Assembly (NCBI GenBank): GCA_963768055.1
Contig: CAVYGN010000002.1
Coordinates: 1,568,001-1,632,000 of the forward strand
DNA from: an uncultured Spirochaetota bacterium
GTDB taxonomy: Bacteria; Spirochaetota; Brevinematia; Brevinematales; JAOACQ01
Direction of reading: 5' to 3'
DNA length: 64,000 bases
Part shown: piece by piece, positions 61,049 through 64,000 of the stretch
Numbering within the stretch: position 1 is the first letter of the stretch
Layout of the letters: each line of letters starts with the position of its first letter
Made by a program: the position numbers and the translations under genes
The notes under the pieces: generated by a model
The model's input: the letters and a program-made list of their open reading frames with translations, nothing else
Database searches by the model: none
Told to the model about the DNA's origin: nothing

Positions 61049-62183
61049 AATCCCCTATAAGGGTTCTGATGAAAGGTACCCTCAGGCTTATGGCGCTTTC
61101 GGGGCAGATTTCCTGGCAGCAGTAGCATCGGATGCACCTTTGATACTTGTATGATGGCGGCCTGTCTTTTTTAGCGTCATGCCAGTCGACGGCTTTAGGG
61201 CTGACGGGGCAGATCTTAACGCAGGTTCCGCACCTTGTGCACTTGTCCGGGATTATATAAGGCCTCGGGACAAGAAGGTTTTTCGCGAATTTTACCATGC
61301 CCCCGGAAAAAACAAATGGCCTGACAGGGTTTCTATTAATATCGAAAGACTTGTCCGTAAATTCCGATAACGCGTCTCCGGCAAATTCTATGTCAGTACA
61401 GGAGCCCAGGCCCGCCTCCATTCCGGCTTTAACCGTCGGAACTATAGAAGGCTCGAGGCCTATCATCATGCAGACCGAAGCATCCAGGGCGACCGGATCG
61501 GATGAAAAAATCAGTACATTCATCTTTTTTAGATTACCGCCCCTTGGGCCGTTTCCCTCCATCGCCATTATGCCGTCCATGATAAAGAGCCTGGGTTTCT
61601 TGAACATATTAAGATCAACCAGCATTCTGGCGAAAGCTTCGGGCTCGGGTGTTTTGACGTGATACTCGGTCTTGCGTAATCCGGGAATATAGCCGAACTG
61701 GTTTTTAATGCATCCGGTCATTTTCTGAAAGCCGTGGGTCTTTAGTTTTGGAAGGCTTATTACAGCGTCGCAGTCAAGAACCCCTTCAGCTATATGAAGT
61801 TTTTTATTCTGCACCGCTTTATCAAAAACAACGTCCCTGCCGTTCTTGAAATCGGCCAGGGGAATGTCCAATCCGGCGGCCTCAGCGGCTATTCCTGAGA
61901 TTCTGGCGACTGCTTCAGGAGTCTGAAAAGCAGGAGAATCTCCGTAAGACAATTCCGCACCCGCTTCTATAAAAAATTCGGCAACTGCCTTGAAAACAGC
62001 GGGGTGGGTTGTCACACACTTTTCAGGGGGCTCCGGCGCTAAAAAGTTCGGTTTAAGAAGGACCTTCTCCCCCTTTTTTATAAAGTTCGAGGAACCGCCC
62101 AGGAGTTCCATCCCGCGCCGGACAGCCGCGTTAACTTCATCATATTTGTAACTCTCACAACGGACAAGAACGACTTTCGGCAT
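61035..62183 (-). CDS. DUF362 protein with 2x[4Fe-4S] domain
   Basis: VLLKPN, TTHP, KLKTH, EGNGP, two CxxCxxCxxxCP motifs. Confidence 0.9.
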   Translation of the reverse strand: MPKVVLVRCESYKYDEVNAAVRRGMELLGGSSNFIKKGEKVLLKPNFLAPEPPEKCVTTHPAVFKAVAEFFIEAGAELSYGDSPAFQTPEAVARISGIAAEAAGLDIPLADFKNGRDVVFDKAVQNKKLHIAEGVLDCDAVISLPKLKTHGFQKMTGCIKNQFGYIPGLRKTEYHVKTPEPEAFARMLVDLNMFKKPRLFIMDGIMAMEGNGPRGGNLKKMNVLIFSSDPVALDASVCMMIGLEPSIVPTVKAGMEAGLGSCTDIEFAGDALSEFTDKSFDINRNPVRPFVFSGGMVKFAKNLLVPRPYIIPDKCTRCGTCVKICPVSPKAVDWHDAKKDRPPSYKYQRCIRCYCCQEICPESAISLRVPFIRTLIGDFKSN

Positions 62184-62317
62184 ATTCGGCTCCTTAGTTT
62201 TTATGATAAAGGGAGGTGATGAAATTTTCCAGTTTCCCTTCGAAATGACAATCCTTGTACAATATTTGATAGTTCGGGGGGCATGGATTATAATACTGGA
62301 ACGCATATTTTGTGTGT

Positions 62318-62405
62318 GGAGAGATGCCTGAGCGGTCGAAAGGGGCACCCTGCTAAGGTGTTGTACCCCATAAGGGTACCGCGGGTTCGAATCCCGCTCT
62401 CTCCG
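62318..62405 (+). tRNA. tRNA-Ser (GCT)
   Basis: GGAGAGA/TCTCTCC acceptor stem, CACC-CTGCTAA-GGTG anticodon arm, long variable arm, GGTTCGAATCC; no encoded CCA. Confidence 0.95.
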
Positions 62406-62551
62406 ATAGTTACCCTATCTCATTGCTGTAACTTCATACGGTGCAATGCATTTCGAGTTACCCATTCGACTCCCTCGACTGATACCATTTTGCCACCATT
62501 TTGATACGACCCGCTTCTGGAATAGCTGATTTTATTGGTTTGGAGGGCTAT

Positions 62552-63633
62552 ATGGGCCTTGTCAGAAGGGAAAATGGCGTTTATTATGTTCGCCTGCAGC
62601 AAAATAAAAAGTCAGTTATTTTCAGCCTAAAAACCAGAAGTACACTACTTGCTAAAGAATTATATTCAGTTTATCTTAAAAGCAGACTGGAAAATCGCTT
62701 ACAACCCATATTAATTGAGAACACTCCAGGCTCAAATATTTCAAAATTTGAAAAGCAAAAAGTAATACAGCCTAATAATGAGTCGATTCATAAAATATGG
62801 AAAGATTATTACCGTATCGCTGAACTTGTACCTCTTTCTCATGTTCAACTGAATATAAAATCACTTGTTAAGAAGCATCTGGATTTATATCAATTCAAAA
62901 CTTTCGCCAGCTTCAACCAGCTTAATTTGAACAAACTTTTCACATACTATAAAAGTAAATATCAGGATAATTCAATTAAAAAGTTTATGAATGAAATTAG
63001 ATGCTTTTTAAATTATGCCATTAAACTTGGTAAATATTCTATTGATGAATACAGGAAAATTACCTGGATAAAAGTAATTACAAGGGCAAAAACAACCATC
63101 TTCACTTTGGAAGATCTGAATTTGATTAAAGAAGCCATCAATGATGAGGATTTCAGAGTATATTTTAATACCTTAATTAGTTTATGTGCAAGGCCCGAAG
63201 AAATTTGCGGGGATACTGACAAAAAATATTGCGGAATAAAAGTCAGTGATTTTAATTTTAATAATAATACCTGCCATTATTATATGAATAAAAAAAAAAG
63301 TATAAGACTGTCCAGTTTTCAAAGGAATATTCTCAATATATCAAAGGAATAATAAAATCAAAAGGGTTGACCCCTGATAATAATATTGTCAGTTTCCATA
63401 AAAGAGACCACTACTCAAAGAAATTTTCGAGAATGAAAAGGAGACTATCCTTGAATCCTGTATATGATCTATATACAGTGAGGCACACAGTCGGTACTTT
63501 ACTTTATCAAGAGACAAAAGATATTGACTATGTAGCTCGCCAGCTCGGCGATACTATAGAAATTGTTATGAAGCACTATGTGAATAATACTATTGAAAAT
63601 TTTAAACAATATAGTGAGTCATTAAAAATATGA
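62552..63633 (+). pseudogene. Tyrosine integrase split by a frameshift at an A10 run
   Basis: N-part (ARPEEI) and C-part (YTVRHT, LGD, HYV) join in the -1 frame at 63290-63299 with no intervening stop. Confidence 0.8.
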
Positions 63634-63642
63634 CCTATAATT

Positions 63643-63670
63643 AAAAAGGCGCCCCGATTTGGAGCGCCTT
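63643..63670. terminator. Hairpin between the convergent integrases
   Basis: AAGGCGC...GCGCCTT stem with an A-run on the left. Confidence 0.65.
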
Positions 63671-63683
63671 AACGTAATAATTA

Positions 63684-64000
63684 TTAGCTGAACAACTTAT
63701 GTCCGGATAAATCATCATTATTAATGGAACTATTAATATAGTATTTCATTGCTATTTCCGGATTGTTTCCTAGAAGCAAGGAGGTTTTTTTGGTATCATG
63801 AGTGATATCATAAAAGTTTGTGGCTGAAGTATGTCTGAAAGTGTAAAGGGTATATTCACTGTTTAGTTTTAGTTCTCTTTTAAGCTTTGAAAAAAGTTTG
63901 GAATAATACTCCCTATTTAGAAAATGACCTTTGAACAGATAATCTTTTAATTCATGATCCAGGATAATTTTTTCCAGATTCAGTTCATTCCAGGCAGCTT
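63684..64000 (-). CDS. Second tyrosine integrase, C-terminal part (runs off window end)
   Basis: Not in ORF track. Manual translation: ...REYYSKLFSKLKRELKLNSEYTLYTFRHTSATNFY...LLGNNPEIAMKYYIN...*. Confidence 0.85.
   Translation of the reverse strand, partial: AAWNELNLEKIILDHELKDYLFKGHFLNREYYSKLFSKLKRELKLNSEYTLYTFRHTSATNFYDITHDTKKTSLLLGNNPEIAMKYYINSSINNDDLSGHKLFS

Noticed and set aside
42770..62200. Numerous antisense and overlapping ORFs in the track
   Set aside because: They are shadow frames of well-supported genes, with no motifs or RBS.
62461..62488. Second tRNA/tmRNA 3' fragment (TTCGACTCCC...ACCA)
   Set aside because: No T-arm pairing and no match to the tRNA-Ser end.

Overview
Bacterial chromosomal window, probably from a spirochaete-like diderm. 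This lineage call is inference from the lipoprotein and secreted-protein style, the TonB receptor and the FGE-domain lipoprotein; it is not established. Positions 1-34.2 kb are an AT-rich mobile-element mosaic built around a type I-C CRISPR-Cas locus. All cas genes are on the minus strand, in the order cas4-cas1-cas2-array(13 repeats)-[~20 kb of Tn3-family DNA]-cas3-cas5c-cas8c. The insert starts 18 bp upstream of the cas3 ATG with a complete Tn3-family element (3274-7163; tyrosine recombinase + tnpA, atypical GGCCC 39-bp IRs). That element truncates a second Tn3 transposase, which has its own tyrosine recombinase and PIN toxin-antitoxin (TA) pair. A metal/arsenic/sulfur-handling gene island follows, including a passenger-carrying IS1595 with an 8-bp TSD inside a methyltransferase gene. 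On the other side of cas4 lies a third Tn3 (26822-34199; higBA-res-tnpR-tnpA) carrying a surface-protein pair, one of which resembles a diversity-generating retroelement (DGR) target. About a dozen full or partial Tn3-type ends, several stacked and some with tnpA 3' remnants, delimit the passenger blocks. Positions 34.2-48.8 kb hold accessory genes (MarR, radical SAMs, panE, CPBP, Lnt-like, TonB receptor, two 30-aa-repeat proteins). Positions 48.8-62.4 kb are housekeeping (aroC, nadB, map, bactofilin, leuS and others), ending at tRNA-Ser(GCT), which is followed by an integrated element with two convergent integrases. All calls were made by eye; no searches were run.
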